In this document: piece by piece, positions 63,256 through 64,000 of the stretch
Position numbering within the stretch: position 1 is the first letter of the stretch
Layout of the letters: every line of letters starts with the position of its first letter
Assembly: GCA_012026655.1 (NCBI GenBank)
Contig: JAAILG010000062.1
Location: 62,001 to 126,000 of the forward strand
From: Hydrolagus affinis
Lineage: Eukaryota
Direction: 5' to 3'
DNA: 64,000 nucleotides
Position numbers and translations under genes: made by a program
Notes under the pieces: generated by a model
The model's database searches: none
What the model saw: the letters and a program-made list of their open reading frames with translations, nothing else
What the model was told of the DNA's origin: nothing

Positions 63256-63345
63256 ACAATAATCCTTGCATTTTATATAGCACCTTTCATGTTAGAGCAC
63301 AGGATTATACTGTAAAGTGCAGTGATTGTGTATTTTGTAGGCAAA
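63256..63345 (-). mobile_element. SINE 3' fragment
   Basis: aataatccttgcattttatatagcacctttcatg..tatactgtaaagtgcagtgattg. Confidence 0.8.
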
Positions 63346-63639
63346 CGTCAATCAATAACAATAAACTGGTGAATCTTGACATATCAGTCCTCACACAAAG
63401 TTCTACACGGGCATTAAAACAAACTTTGCTTTTACATTCTTAGTTGCCTTACACATAACTGATTAATTATTAACTTCAGCAATGGTATTTCTAAAATGAT
63501 TGCAGTAAGTTTATGTAAACATCACTGCCTTAGAAATATGTTGGTACTGTACATCATATTCCTCACCACATGAACCACCCAAACTAATTATTTACCACAC
63601 AGATACATTCACAGCCATAAAATAGTTGCTTTACTCTGC

Positions 63640-63895
63640 TGTAGGGACTGTTGGGCTGACACACAATTTCATAGGTATCAGAAATACTCCCTTATCTTGC
63701 ACAACCGAGATGGAGGACATCAAATCCAAACTTTATCATCCGAACCTCACACAACATCCACAAACACACACTTTCCTATCAGGGTCATGAGAAAGCAATC
63801 AGGAGCAGCAGCTCTGGCTGGTTTTCCAAGGCCCTAGCCCAGGGGCGCTGTAGCCAATTATAGTGTTTCACAATCTGCCCGGCTCAGATCACTGG
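63640..63895 (-). mobile_element. Ancient SINE-like repeat (MER131-like, name from memory)
   Basis: cagggtca..aatcaggagcag..ccctagcccaggggcgctgtagccaattatag..ctgcccggctcagatca; paralogous to 4545-4795. Confidence 0.5.
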
Positions 63896-64000
63896 AGAGT
63901 TTTACTGGTGATTTTTGAAGATCCACTAATTAGTACTAATTTTTCCACTGTTAGTTCTCGTGGAGCAATTTTTTTTCCCCCGTCAAGTCTGGAGGTACTT

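Noticed and set aside
1-64000. Prokaryotic systems (CRISPR arrays, operons) or an intact host CDS
   Set aside because: No regularly spaced repeats, no long ORFs; the sequence is vertebrate non-coding DNA with dispersed retroposons.

Overview
AT-rich eukaryotic non-coding DNA (intronic or gene desert) with two assembly gaps. The repeat content (shark-type CR1 and L2 LINE ends, Deu-domain SINEs) suggests a cartilaginous fish, plausibly a chimaera such as Callorhinchus; this is inference, not a database result. I recognise no intact host protein-coding gene. The >60 aa ORFs are noise or decayed transposon frames. Three layers are visible. (1) About 30 SINE/L2 3' ends, two full-length tRNA-Ala-headed SINEs and several CR1 fragments. 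(2) Many old PIF/Harbinger DNA-transposon relics, found only by reading across frameshifts: up to seven DDE-transposase remnants and several Myb/SANT-like remnants, twice as a convergent Myb(+)/transposase(-) module (best at 21.5-23.5 kb, possibly with tandem Myb domains). (3) Repeat-poor, TF-motif-rich blocks resembling conserved non-coding enhancers, one containing a 15-nt microexon candidate (34912-34926). All homology calls come from motif recognition by eye, and element boundaries are approximate.
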